Source: Vibrio vulnificus CMCP6
GTDB lineage: Bacteria > Pseudomonadota > Gammaproteobacteria > Enterobacterales > Vibrionaceae
NCBI RefSeq assembly: GCF_000039765.1
Contig: NC_004460.2
Coordinates: forward strand, 180,001 to 212,000
DNA: 32,000 nucleotides
Direction: 5' to 3'
The notes under the pieces are model-generated. The model was not told the DNA's origin. It was given only the letters and a program-made list of their open reading frames with translations, and searched no databases. A program made the translations under genes and the position numbers. Positions 1 through 9,059 of the stretch are shown here, piece after piece. Positions within the stretch are counted from its first letter, which is position 1. The number at the start of each line of letters is the position of its first letter.

Positions 1-970
1 TGTTAGGACCGTACATGTGAATCACATAATCGTTTGACGAAAAACTCACCGCAAGATAATCGGTGGTGTCGCCCTTACCTAATTGCTCTTTCTCCAACAC
101 TCGTTGTGCGAAGTTGGCCGTGATCTCATCACCCGCCGGGCTCAAGGTCAGCATGGTGGAAAAATACTTAAAGCTGGCTGGGCCATAAGGGTGGGGGAAA
201 GTGCGGGCAAAACCAGCAAGGTCCACCTTATGTTCTTGGCTGATTTCTTGGAGTGTGTAGCGTTCTTGCGGCAGAGTGAGTGACCATTTTTGACCTGAGT
301 ATTGTGCGGGAATTTTCTCGGCATTCCAGTGAGTCACCCATTGTGGTGTCTGGTCATAATAATAGTTGCTGGTGACAAATTCTGAGGTTGCTTTGGAAAA
401 CCAAAACGCTTTGCCAGCATGGCCACCCAATGAAATTGCGCCTCTGTCTTTGACGGAGACCGAAAACACCTTAGCTTTGCCGTTGGAAGAGAGCGCCAGT
501 TCATCACTAAACGTCGTCGTCAAAATGGGTTGTGGTGAGCGGCCATCTTTCAGCGCGGTTTTTTGAGTTGGGTCGATTTCGGTCGCTTTGTTGACACCAG
601 CATGGCTATTGAGCATGGCGTAGTTTTCATCTTCGACATTGTAAACAAGGCGCTCTTTCTGTCTGTCGTACCATACATTGCCAACCATACCGTGAACCGA
701 CGGCGGCGCGCCAGTTGCTAGCGACACATGACCGACGATGGTTTCGGTATTGCCGTGCTGATAGTGCGCATTGGTGTAATAGACCCCTTCATCCATCAAA
801 TAGCGAAAGCCTTTTTCCGCGAAGTTATGCTTGTATCGGTCGAGTAAATCGCCACGCAATCCATCAACGGTAATTTGCAATACTAAGGCTGGCTTTTCGG
901 TTGCTGCCGCGATTGCATTGGGGGTGAAAGCGCAAAGTAGCGATGCGCCAGTGAGCCAAACTGCTTTCAT
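1..970 (-). CDS. Alkaline phosphatase superfamily protein, NPP/PafA-like (partial; the C-terminal part runs off the window start)
   Basis: My reverse-complement translation from ATG (CAT at 968-970) stays open to position 1. It begins MKAVWLTGASLLCAFTPNAIAAAT (signal peptide), followed by ITVDGLRGD, GNTETIVGHVSLATGAPPSVHGMVGNVWYD and DYLAVSFSSNDYVIHMYGPN. These resemble the metal-ligand and Thr-nucleophile motifs of nucleotide pyrophosphatase/phosphodiesterase-type enzymes. No C/S-x-P-x-R sulfatase motif is present. It is absent from the ORF track, which appears to omit ORFs that run off the window (the partial gcvT at the far end is also missing). Confidence 0.75.
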   Translation of the reverse strand, partial: MKAVWLTGASLLCAFTPNAIAAATEKPALVLQITVDGLRGDLLDRYKHNFAEKGFRYLMDEGVYYTNAHYQHGNTETIVGHVSLATGAPPSVHGMVGNVWYDRQKERLVYNVEDENYAMLNSHAGVNKATEIDPTQKTALKDGRSPQPILTTTFSDELALSSNGKAKVFSVSVKDRGAISLGGHAGKAFWFSKATSEFVTSNYYYDQTPQWVTHWNAEKIPAQYSGQKWSLTLPQERYTLQEISQEHKVDLAGFARTFPHPYGPASFKYFSTMLTLSPAGDEITANFAQRVLEKEQLGKGDTTDYLAVSFSSNDYVIHMYGPN

Positions 971-994
971 TGTCGTCCTCTTTGATGTTGTCGA

Positions 995-1780
995 TCAATC
1001 AATGTCTTTTGCCAGTCTTAGGCCCATATCGGCCATGCGTATCGATTGACTGGCGAAATCACGTCGGAAGTTTTCCGATTCGTCTGCGGCGTAAGAGAAG
1101 CTGCCGCCGCGAACGGATTTATGCGCCAAGCCCGCCGTTTCTTCTTTGGCATTACTTGGGTTGTGGCTTGGGGCGTATGTGTAGTAACCCGCGTCAAAAG
1201 CATCGATGACAAATTCCCCCACGTTGCCCGTCATGTCATAGAGTCCGAGCTCATTGGGTTGCTTTAATCCCACCGGATGAGCTTGGTTATTGGCATTACT
1301 CGCATACCAAGCCACCTCATCAATGTTGTTCGAGCCTGCGTACGTGAACCCTTGACTATGCACGCCACCGCGAGCGGCGAACTCCCATTCAGCTTCCGTC
1401 GGTAAGCGGTAGTGCTCGCCTGTCAGGGTGTTCAAGCGTTCAATAAAGTAGTTCGCTTGCTGCCAACTTAAGTTGTTGACGGGAACGTTTGGATTTGGGA
1501 AATAGCTCAGTGAAGAACCCATCACCGATTCAAATAGCGCTTGAGTGACTTCGAATTTGGCAAGGTAAAAACTATCCACTGTCACTGGATGCGCAGGGGT
1601 TTCAGAGTTCTTTGCACTGGGATGTTCAGAACCCATCTCAAAAGTGCCGCCTTCGACCAACACCATATCTTGGTTAATGGCCATGGCGACGGGATGGGGC
1701 GTTGAGCTACAGCCGTTGGCCAGCAAAGCCACCGTGAGAGGAAATAGGGGAAAAAGCCAGTGACGAGGCGATAAAGTCAT
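995..1780 (-). CDS. FGE-sulfatase fold (SUMF1/EgtB/PvdO family) lipoprotein
   Basis: 261-aa ORF. It has a lipobox (LLANGC|SS) and family-typical motifs: FEMG, RLPTEAEWEFAARGG, GLYDMTGNVGEF, VRGGSF and a RLAKD tail. The only Cys in the protein is the lipobox Cys. Confidence 0.8.
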   Translation of the reverse strand: MTLSPRHWLFPLFPLTVALLANGCSSTPHPVAMAINQDMVLVEGGTFEMGSEHPSAKNSETPAHPVTVDSFYLAKFEVTQALFESVMGSSLSYFPNPNVPVNNLSWQQANYFIERLNTLTGEHYRLPTEAEWEFAARGGVHSQGFTYAGSNNIDEVAWYASNANNQAHPVGLKQPNELGLYDMTGNVGEFVIDAFDAGYYTYAPSHNPSNAKEETAGLAHKSVRGGSFSYAADESENFRRDFASQSIRMADMGLRLAKDID

Positions 1781-1946
1781 CCGAAATGCTCCTTAAGTCA
1801 GCGAGCTTCCAGCTTACGCATTGTTGCCATGAAAAAAGGTTATAACGGGTATAACAAGCCCTTGTTCGGAAAGCCTTTTAAGATGCATTTATCGATATTT
1901 TCTTCAAACAAGACTTGGCGCTCAGCGCGAAGAAATAAGGTGAATT

Positions 1947-3269
1947 ATGCAGATTACTCAGGGCCCACAGTTTAATGGTAAAGCATCAAAGCGTTTACAC
2001 GTGATGGCAAAACCGATTGGTGCTGCCTGCAACATCGACTGCACGTACTGCTATTACCTAAGTAAACAGGACTTACTTGAGTATAAGAAGGGCTGTACGC
2101 CCGTGATGGATGAGGCGACGCTCGAAACCTATATTCGTCAGTACATTGAAGGGCAAAATACGCCTGAAATCATCTTCTCATGGCAAGGGGGAGAGCCGAC
2201 GATGCTTGGCTTGGATTACTTCCGAAAAATCGTTGAATTCCAAGCCAAATACCAGCCAGAAGGGGTAACCATCGCCAACGATCTGCAAACCAATGGTACC
2301 TTACTGAATGACGACTGGTGTGCATTTCTTAAAGCGCACAATTTCTTGGTGGGGCTGAGTATTGACGGTCCTGAAATGATGCATAACGCCTACCGCACCA
2401 ACCGTGCGGGACGAGGCACGTTTAAACAAGTGATGAACGCGGTGGAGCTGTTGCACAAACATCAAGTGCCGTTCGCCACACTAACTTGTGTGAACAATTT
2501 GACCAGCCGTAACCCGTTAGAAGTGTATCGCTTTCTACGAGATGAGGTGCGTTCGCCACAAATGCAATTTATCCCAATTGTCGAGCAGAAAAGCTTTCGG
2601 ACAACCGCCCCACAAACATGGCAACCGCAAGCGCAGCTCAAGCAAGGAGATAAGCGTCTCATTCCCGGCCACAAAGATTCAGTAATGGAGCCATGGTGTG
2701 TCGCAGACGAGGCGTGGGGCAATTTTCTCATTGCCATCTTCGATGAGTGGATTCAACACGATATCGGTAAGGTCTTTGTGCAATATTTTGAAGCCAGTGT
2801 CGAAACGTGGATGGGGCGAAAGAACCCGCTGTGCACACTAGGAGAAATTTGCGGCAAAGGCTTAGCCATGGAACCGAATGGCGATGTGTTTGCGTGTGAC
2901 CACTATGTTTATCCCGAATATAAAATAGGCAACATTCATCAGCAGTCATTAGAGCGCTTGGCCTATGGCGATGAGCAACAAAAATTTGGTTACGCCAAGG
3001 TGCGTTCGTTAACCAGCCAATGCCAACAATGTGAGTATCAGTTTGCTTGCTTTGGTGAATGTCCGAAAAACCGTTTTATCCGCACGAAACAGGGTGAACC
3101 GGGGCTTAACTATCTTTGTGCGGGTTGGAAAAAGTTTTTCGCTCACGCAGACAAAGCTCTGGCGTATGTTTTACGCGCCACGGGCCATCCGGTGGTTCAC
3201 GGTCAATACAGTGATCAAGCGATGCGCCAGTTGGCAAGCCGCACACCGCGTTTTGAGACTAAGTTTTGA
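1947..3269 (+). CDS. Radical SAM anaerobic sulfatase-maturating enzyme-like protein (AslB/anSME type with SPASM domain)
   Basis: 440 aa. It has a CNIDCTYC radical-SAM CxxxCxxC motif, GGEPT, and C-terminal Cys clusters (CTLGEICGKG...ACDHY; CQQCEYQFACFGEC). AAGGTG RBS precedes the ATG. Confidence 0.85.
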   Translation: MQITQGPQFNGKASKRLHVMAKPIGAACNIDCTYCYYLSKQDLLEYKKGCTPVMDEATLETYIRQYIEGQNTPEIIFSWQGGEPTMLGLDYFRKIVEFQAKYQPEGVTIANDLQTNGTLLNDDWCAFLKAHNFLVGLSIDGPEMMHNAYRTNRAGRGTFKQVMNAVELLHKHQVPFATLTCVNNLTSRNPLEVYRFLRDEVRSPQMQFIPIVEQKSFRTTAPQTWQPQAQLKQGDKRLIPGHKDSVMEPWCVADEAWGNFLIAIFDEWIQHDIGKVFVQYFEASVETWMGRKNPLCTLGEICGKGLAMEPNGDVFACDHYVYPEYKIGNIHQQSLERLAYGDEQQKFGYAKVRSLTSQCQQCEYQFACFGECPKNRFIRTKQGEPGLNYLCAGWKKFFAHADKALAYVLRATGHPVVHGQYSDQAMRQLASRTPRFETKF

Positions 3270-3289
3270 GATCCAGCGTTGAGGTAAAA

Positions 3290-4360
3290 ATGACGACACG
3301 TTCCCACACTCTTTTACTCGCGGCCTTGGGCCTCACCGCGCAAGTAAGCGCGCATGACGTCTCTTTTATGCAGTCGCCTAGTGCAGGTGAAAGCGCAGGT
3401 AAAAGTGCAACTCATGAGCTCACTCACGCCACTTCTCCTCAGGAAATGGTGTCGAAACTCTCCTACCAAGCGCAAGACAAAAGCTTGCCGACCGAGCTGC
3501 GTGTAGGCGCGCTAAGAAATTTGGCCAACTACCCAAGCCAAAACGCGCTGGTGGCGGTCAGTCGTAACCTGCAAGAAAGTGACCCAGCATTACGTGAAGC
3601 GGCCATTGTTGGTGCTGGCCCATACAATATTGTTCACCGTTGGCGCATGGTTTCGCCATTGCTCACCGATGACACCGAAATGGTGAGATTGGCGGCTACG
3701 GCGAATTTGCTGCGTGACTATGGCAATCTCAGTGAGAGCCAACAGCAAGCGTTAAATGCCCCGACAAAGGTGCTTATTCGTTATTTGGCGCAGAAAAAAG
3801 ACACCGATTCTCAATTGCTGCTGGCGGACGTTTATCGTTGGTATAAGCAGTGGGACAAAGCGCAGCCACTCTATCAGCAACTGACTGAGCAAACGCCAGA
3901 TAACCCGCAAGTTTGGCTCAGCTTGGCAGATAACTATCGTGCACAGAAAAACGATGGTGAGGCGATAGAAACGCTAGACGACGCTATTCAACGACATCCA
4001 AGCAATGCGGCGTTGCATTATTCCAAAGCGCTGACGTTGGTTCGTTTGGATGACAAAAATGCGGCGGCGCAAGAGATGGAATTGGCTGCCAACATGGCCG
4101 AAAACAACAGCTACTACTGGTATCTCAATGGTGTGTTGCAAGAGCCGTTTGATTTGCAGAAATCGGTTGGTGCTTTCGAACAAGCCTACTTAATATCAGG
4201 AGCGCCAGAGCAACTCTATGCGGTGTGCGATATCTACGCACGGTACGACAATCCCAAGACAGAACTCTGTTTGACAGAGCTGCAAAAAGTCGCACCAGAG
4301 TACGTGATTGACCAGATCAAACAGAAAAAAGACGAGCGAAAAATGTCGGCGCGCGGCTAG
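3290..4360 (+). CDS. Secreted HEAT/TPR-repeat protein
   Basis: Preferred start is the ATG at 3290 (MTTRSHTLLLAALGLTAQVSA signal peptide, GAGG RBS) inside track ORF 3266..4360. HEAT-like repeats lie N-terminally (LRVGALRNLANYPSQNA, DPALREAAI). TPR-like repeats lie C-terminally (WLSLADNYRAQKNDGEAIETLDDAIQRHP). It sits 20 nt downstream of the anSME-like gene. Confidence 0.6.
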   Translation: MTTRSHTLLLAALGLTAQVSAHDVSFMQSPSAGESAGKSATHELTHATSPQEMVSKLSYQAQDKSLPTELRVGALRNLANYPSQNALVAVSRNLQESDPALREAAIVGAGPYNIVHRWRMVSPLLTDDTEMVRLAATANLLRDYGNLSESQQQALNAPTKVLIRYLAQKKDTDSQLLLADVYRWYKQWDKAQPLYQQLTEQTPDNPQVWLSLADNYRAQKNDGEAIETLDDAIQRHPSNAALHYSKALTLVRLDDKNAAAQEMELAANMAENNSYYWYLNGVLQEPFDLQKSVGAFEQAYLISGAPEQLYAVCDIYARYDNPKTELCLTELQKVAPEYVIDQIKQKKDERKMSARG

Positions 4361-5985
4361 TCTGCCTCACCAGCTTGATGCTCTACGTAACACACAGCGA
4401 AAGGAATCGCTAATTGCTTGAAATGGTGTATCCAACGCCACTGATTATCTTGCAGTTTGTCACCGGGCCCTTTGACTTCAATCCATTGATACTCACCATC
4501 TTTGAAAGCGATCAAATCGGGCATGCCATTGCGGTAGAGTTTTAAATCACTGAGCTGGATCTTAAATAACGCCACCAAACTTTCACGCGGTATGCTTTCT
4601 AAGGCATGCAAAAGTAGGCTTTCTGAGAGTGCTGACCACTGCACCAGTGGGTTCGCAATTCCCTGTTTCTCGCGAAAACGCTGCAAAATAAACGCATTAT
4701 CACCGGTTAATAACTGAGTAAACGCCTGTTCGATTTCGGCGGCACGCTTGTGCGCAAAATCGTCATGATACAAATCAAGAGGGCGATGTTGGTAGGCATT
4801 GATGAATGCGCCTTCGACGGGAGCAAAGAAGGCAGGCCAGAAAGTGAGCCCGAGCAAACCGTTGAGCAGCGCATTTTCGCTGTAGAACACTTGCCAACCT
4901 AAACGCTCAAAATGCGTCAACGCTGCGAGTTCGACGCGTTGTTGCGACAGATCGAGCGAGAGGCGGTATTCGTCGCATTGAGGCTTGCTGGCTCGCGGCA
5001 GTTTTTCGCCCAACTTGCGTTTTAGTCTCTGTTCTAGCTTCTGGGCTACTTCAAATTCAGAGACGTCAATTGGCTGGGTGAGCATTTCGGTGACAATGTC
5101 ACTAAATGGCTGGTTCTGTTCCAGTTTATCGTAGATACGCGCACGGCGTTCTCGGCTCGGCGCCAGTGTGGTTTGTTCAAACAGTGTGAGCGCCGTGGTG
5201 AACTCACCAAGCCGTTCAAAATCTCGGGCAATGTCATTAAGCAGGTGTTCGCGTTTACGGTCGACATAGGGATGTGCCACAGGGCCAGGAAGTGCTGCCA
5301 GCAGTTGATCCAGATTCTCCTTTTGTTTTCTATCACAAAGCCAGTAACGGTTCGAAAGTTCGCTAAGGTCGATTAAGCGGTCAATCTGTTCTCGGCTATC
5401 GAAGAATCGCCGCTCTTTACTTAACTGGTAAGCTTCGAATTGATGCAGACCAAGATCATCCAAAACGAATTGGCTCAGATCTTGATGGGTGTTTGCAAAA
5501 AACAACGTTAGTAACAGGTCGATCATGTGAGCGGAGTTAAGCTTGATGACGGTGAATGCTAATTCCTCAAACTGAGTGAAGGCGTCGTCGCTTAGACAAC
5601 TGACTAGTGCCTCTTTCTTTTGCGTTTTGGCGAGGTGAGGGTAGAGCGAAAGCAACTCTGGTTTTGTCAGTAAGTAGAGAGCGAGCTCTTGATGAGAAAG
5701 TACGGGAGAGAGTTCGACAAACTCGCCTTGGTTGAGCATGTCTAGGGTGTGATCAAGTTGGGGAATTTCAGCGTAATGCAGTTTATCACTGCGAAACCAA
5801 CAGCCTTTGCGACTGTACAAACGCACCAACAGGCATTGCGCACGCTTATCAAGCTCAGTGAACGCCAAAAGCCATTGCTGTTCGTCTGTTGTCAGCAAAT
5901 CTTGGTACCACTGCAGTGCGTGGCGCGTAAGCTTAAAAAAGTTATCGAGATAGTAATCCGGGGCGAGTTCAACGCTGTTTTCCAT
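4357..5985 (-). CDS. VRR-NUC domain nuclease, FAN1-like
   Basis: 542 aa. The C-terminus PDLIAFKDGEYQWIEVKGPGDKLQDNQWRWIHHF matches the PD-(D/E)xK VRR-NUC core (D...E-V-K). The long helical N-terminal region resembles bacterial FAN1 homologues. Confidence 0.7.
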   Translation of the reverse strand: MENSVELAPDYYLDNFFKLTRHALQWYQDLLTTDEQQWLLAFTELDKRAQCLLVRLYSRKGCWFRSDKLHYAEIPQLDHTLDMLNQGEFVELSPVLSHQELALYLLTKPELLSLYPHLAKTQKKEALVSCLSDDAFTQFEELAFTVIKLNSAHMIDLLLTLFFANTHQDLSQFVLDDLGLHQFEAYQLSKERRFFDSREQIDRLIDLSELSNRYWLCDRKQKENLDQLLAALPGPVAHPYVDRKREHLLNDIARDFERLGEFTTALTLFEQTTLAPSRERRARIYDKLEQNQPFSDIVTEMLTQPIDVSEFEVAQKLEQRLKRKLGEKLPRASKPQCDEYRLSLDLSQQRVELAALTHFERLGWQVFYSENALLNGLLGLTFWPAFFAPVEGAFINAYQHRPLDLYHDDFAHKRAAEIEQAFTQLLTGDNAFILQRFREKQGIANPLVQWSALSESLLLHALESIPRESLVALFKIQLSDLKLYRNGMPDLIAFKDGEYQWIEVKGPGDKLQDNQWRWIHHFKQLAIPFAVCYVEHQAGEAD

Positions 5986-6000
5986 AAACGACCGACAATA

Positions 6001-6031
6001 AAAAAGGCTTAACCCGTAGGTTAAGCCTTTT
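6001..6031 (-). terminator. Rho-independent terminator of the MFS gene (hairpin flanked by A and T runs)
   Basis: AAAAAGGCTTAACC-CGTA-GGTTAAGCCTTTT: a 9-bp GC-containing stem. On the minus strand it is followed by a T5 run, about 20 nt after the MFS stop. Confidence 0.7.
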
Positions 6032-6052
6032 CATGTTCAAATCAACGCGTAA

Positions 6053-7285
6053 TTACGCCTTTTTCAGCTCTGCGACTTTCGCTTCTGAAAGTGGTTTCGT
6101 TACCAGTGCAAGCACAATACAAACGCCCATCATCACGGCTGAAATTGTGTAAGCCAAGGTGTAGCCTGTGCCGTTGGTCATAGAGAAACCAACCACTGCT
6201 GCACCAATCGCACCACCAATACCCCATGCTGTGTAAAGTACGCCATAGTTAGTGCCGTAGTTTTTCAGACCGTAGAATTCTGCGGTTAGAGTAGGGAAGA
6301 CCGCAAGAAGCGTACCGTAACCTACTGCTGCGATAGCCGTACCAATGATCAGAGTGAACTCAGATTGGAACGTTGCGAACAGAACCATGTTGATGCCCTG
6401 TAGAACGAACGCGAGAAGAAGCGTACGCACGCCGCCGATCTTGTCTGCAAGCATACCTGCTGCAACACGGCCGCCTGAGTTAAATACCGCAAGAATAGAC
6501 GCAAGGTAAACCGCGTTAGGCAGGTTTGCTTGAACGCTTGCGATGGTGGTGATGTTACCGATGATCATCAGGCCAACAGACGCTGCAAATGCGTACATGA
6601 TCCATAGTGCGTAGAACTGTGGCGTTTTAAGCATCGCTTTCCACGTCAGATCGTCAGATTTCTTCACCGCTTTAGGTGCTTGGCCTTTTTTTACTTTCGG
6701 CTCTGCTGGGGTGTAGTCTGCTGGTGGGTTATTGATGGTTGCCGCTAGAGGCACCGCGATAGCAAGAACACCAACACCAAGAATCATAAAACTGGTCTGA
6801 ATACCCATGTTCGTGATCAGAGCTGAAGTCAGTGGCGCTAGGTAGATCGTTGCAAGACCAAAACCTGCTGCGATGATGCCGTTAACCATGCCTTTCTTCG
6901 ATGCGTGGAACCACTTCATCGCCGATGGAGATAGACAAGCATAACCAAAACCGATACCCGCACCGGTGATCACACCAAACGTGATGTTGAGCATCAGTGG
7001 AGAGTCAACAAAACCAGATGCAATCATACTTAGACCTGTAAGAACAGTACTTAGGATAAGAATCATACGTGGACCCATGCGGTCTTGAAGAATACCAGCA
7101 ACAAGAAGACAAATAGAGAACGTGATCGTTGCGGTTGCGTAAGGGGCAGACGCTTCTGCAGCGCTCCAGCCTGACTCAGTCACTAGTGCTTTGTTGAATA
7201 CACTCCAAGCATACAGGATGCCAAGACAAAGGTTGATACAGAATCCTGCAAGCAGGATGCGCATAGCTTTATCAATCTTGCTCAT
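6053..7285 (-). CDS. MFS transporter, oxalate/formate antiporter (OFA)-like family
   Basis: Track ORF 6053..7318; probable start is MSKIDKAM (CAT at 7283-7285). Multiple hydrophobic helices; the N-terminus ILLAGFCINLCLGILYAWSVF is typical of OFA/L-lactate-type MFS. A central charged loop is present. Confidence 0.75.
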   Translation of the reverse strand: MSKIDKAMRILLAGFCINLCLGILYAWSVFNKALVTESGWSAAEASAPYATATITFSICLLVAGILQDRMGPRMILILSTVLTGLSMIASGFVDSPLMLNITFGVITGAGIGFGYACLSPSAMKWFHASKKGMVNGIIAAGFGLATIYLAPLTSALITNMGIQTSFMILGVGVLAIAVPLAATINNPPADYTPAEPKVKKGQAPKAVKKSDDLTWKAMLKTPQFYALWIMYAFAASVGLMIIGNITTIASVQANLPNAVYLASILAVFNSGGRVAAGMLADKIGGVRTLLLAFVLQGINMVLFATFQSEFTLIIGTAIAAVGYGTLLAVFPTLTAEFYGLKNYGTNYGVLYTAWGIGGAIGAAVVGFSMTNGTGYTLAYTISAVMMGVCIVLALVTKPLSEAKVAELKKA

Positions 7286-7860
7286 TTTTGTTCTCAGTGT
7301 TGCTTCTGGTAATACCAAAAGGGGGCGAATAAAAAGGTGGTTAAACTCAAAATTAGTTTGCGTTTTTCAACAGATAACGCAATGAGCGCGGATTATAACC
7401 AATCCTTTTGTGATTGGAATCTCTTTTTAAGGCCAGATCTGAAAATATTTTGATACGTTAAAAAAGTGTTGTTACAGAGTTTTCTGAATTAACGCTTGTT
7501 TGTGAAAATCTTGTGATCTTTGGATGTTGAGCGCTTATCTGGCGGGGCTTAGATATGCGGAAGAGAGTCGATATGGTACTGAGTTCACATTGCTAAAAAA
7601 AAGACAAAATATTTTCTGCTGTTAAATGAATGTAACAATCCTTTTCTAAATTTACACTTTTCTCTCGAAATGCCGTAGACAAAGGATTCTTAAAAATCAT
7701 TGTGTTAATCATATGTAAAATCAGTTGGTTTGATTAATGTTTGTACACATTTTGTACAGGTTTGGCCTCTTGATCTCTGAAACTAGTTTGGCAAAATATA
7801 GCGGAAACTGAGATTGCAATATTGAAAGGATGCTTTTTAGGCTTTTATAGCGAGGTGTAT

Positions 7861-8217
7861 ATGAAGATTTTCCTTATTCTACTGATATCTGTTACGGCGG
7901 GTTATGCCTCTGCTGACCACATCCACTCTTTCTTGTTTGGTCTCTATATTTCATCTCTGGCGGTAGGCAGTTGTTACTGGTTTGCATTCCGCAGCTCGCG
8001 TTTCCCTCAACTGGCGGTTTTCCTGTTGCTTTGCGGCATGCTGTCTAAGTTAGCAGTGACGGTTATCGGCGTATTTTGGGGACTATCGCAAGATTTGATT
8101 GGCTCGCCATTCATCTTCTCGCTTTCGTACTTGTTCTTCTCAATTGTGGTGACGTACCTATGGTTCAGTTACCGCCAGAAAAAAACCAAAGCGCCAGGGC
8201 AACGTCTTCCAGCCTAA
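7861..8217 (+). CDS. Small integral membrane protein (about 4 TM), function unknown
   Basis: Internal ATG (MKIFLILLISV...) of track ORF 7822..8217. The sequence is strongly hydrophobic with a basic tail (YRQKKTKAPGQR). A strong terminator follows. Confidence 0.45.
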   Translation: MKIFLILLISVTAGYASADHIHSFLFGLYISSLAVGSCYWFAFRSSRFPQLAVFLLLCGMLSKLAVTVIGVFWGLSQDLIGSPFIFSLSYLFFSIVVTYLWFSYRQKKTKAPGQRLPA

Positions 8218-8229
8218 TTGAACGAATTT

Positions 8230-8262
8230 AAAAAACGCCAGCAAGATTGCTGGCGTTTTTTT
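8230..8262 (+). terminator. Rho-independent terminator
   Basis: ACGCCAGCA-AGAT-TGCTGGCGT followed by T7. Confidence 0.75.
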
Positions 8263-8769
8263 AGGTTGCCATTTCAGCGTCATGCCATTTTTTGGCCAAG
8301 CTACTTGTCGTTTCAGCTAGGCAGTGGCGAGTTCATAGACTTTTAAACTCTTTAAAAAGGAAAAGCAGCAGAAATTTAATCAGAGAAATTTCTATCATTT
8401 TCGAATGATCGGAGTATAGTGCACATGGTTTTCAAACATGTGTTATTTATGAAATATATAGTTCAAGTCTATTCTTAGTTTTCTTTCGATTCCTTTCGTT
8501 ATATTACATCTGTAGTTACTTCTTCTTTATCTTCCATTAAATAGCCTCAGTTTTTATATCATAATAATTGATGGTTTATTGATATTAAACGATCGGTATA
8601 TTGCTGATTGTTATCATGTATTTTCATCTGGGCGTTTTGCGACTCACGATTTTGTGTTCTCTCGTTTTTATACGGTAGGGCGCTAGTTAGAGTTGAGTTT
8701 ATAAACAGTCTGTAGACGAAAATATATTTAAATTATGAGTTATTATGATGTTCGATGAAGGAAAAATAA

Positions 8770-8967
8770 ATGAGTAAAAAACGCGTAAAACATCATAATA
8801 AAAAAAGCGGTTATGAAACCAAGTTTGAACAAATGGTTAAAGAATACCATGAAGCTAAAGCGCTATTAGAATCCATGTCCAAGGGAAGTGAAGAATATAG
8901 CCAGCAAGAAAAACACTGTAATGCATTGTTTGCTTCTGCAGAGCGCTTTTTTAAACAAAATCAATAA
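8770..8967 (+). CDS. Small basic hypothetical protein (65 aa)
   Basis: ORF with AAGGAAAAA upstream of the ATG. Helical, Lys-rich sequence with no recognisable motif. It follows about 500 bp of AT-rich non-coding DNA. Confidence 0.35.
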   Translation: MSKKRVKHHNKKSGYETKFEQMVKEYHEAKALLESMSKGSEEYSQQEKHCNALFASAERFFKQNQ

Positions 8968-9047
8968 GCTTTCTTGCATCTTTGAGGTCATGATTGGCGG
9001 ATGTGCTGACAATCCTGTGACGCATTGACAGCACGCGATAAAAAACG

Positions 9048-9059
9048 AACCCAGCGGTT
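9048..9059. repeat. Left copy of the 12-bp target-site duplication (AACCCAGCGGTT) of the IS4-like element
   Basis: An identical 12-mer lies at 10488-10499, each immediately outside a terminal inverted repeat. Confidence 0.8.

Noticed and set aside
1-970. Tempting call of an arylsulfatase, given the adjacent FGE-like and anSME-like genes
   Set aside because: The translated N-terminus has NPP/PafA-type motifs (DGLRGD; NTETIVGH...HGMVGN) and no C/S-x-P-x-R formylglycine motif, so it is called only as an alkaline-phosphatase-superfamily enzyme.
7380-7820. Short repeats in the MFS / small-membrane-protein intergenic region (CCAATC..GATTGG; TGTACA-N5-TGTACA; AACAATCCTTTT twice)
   Set aside because: These are short and expected by chance in about 450 bp of AT-rich promoter DNA. 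No regulator gene is adjacent to give them context.
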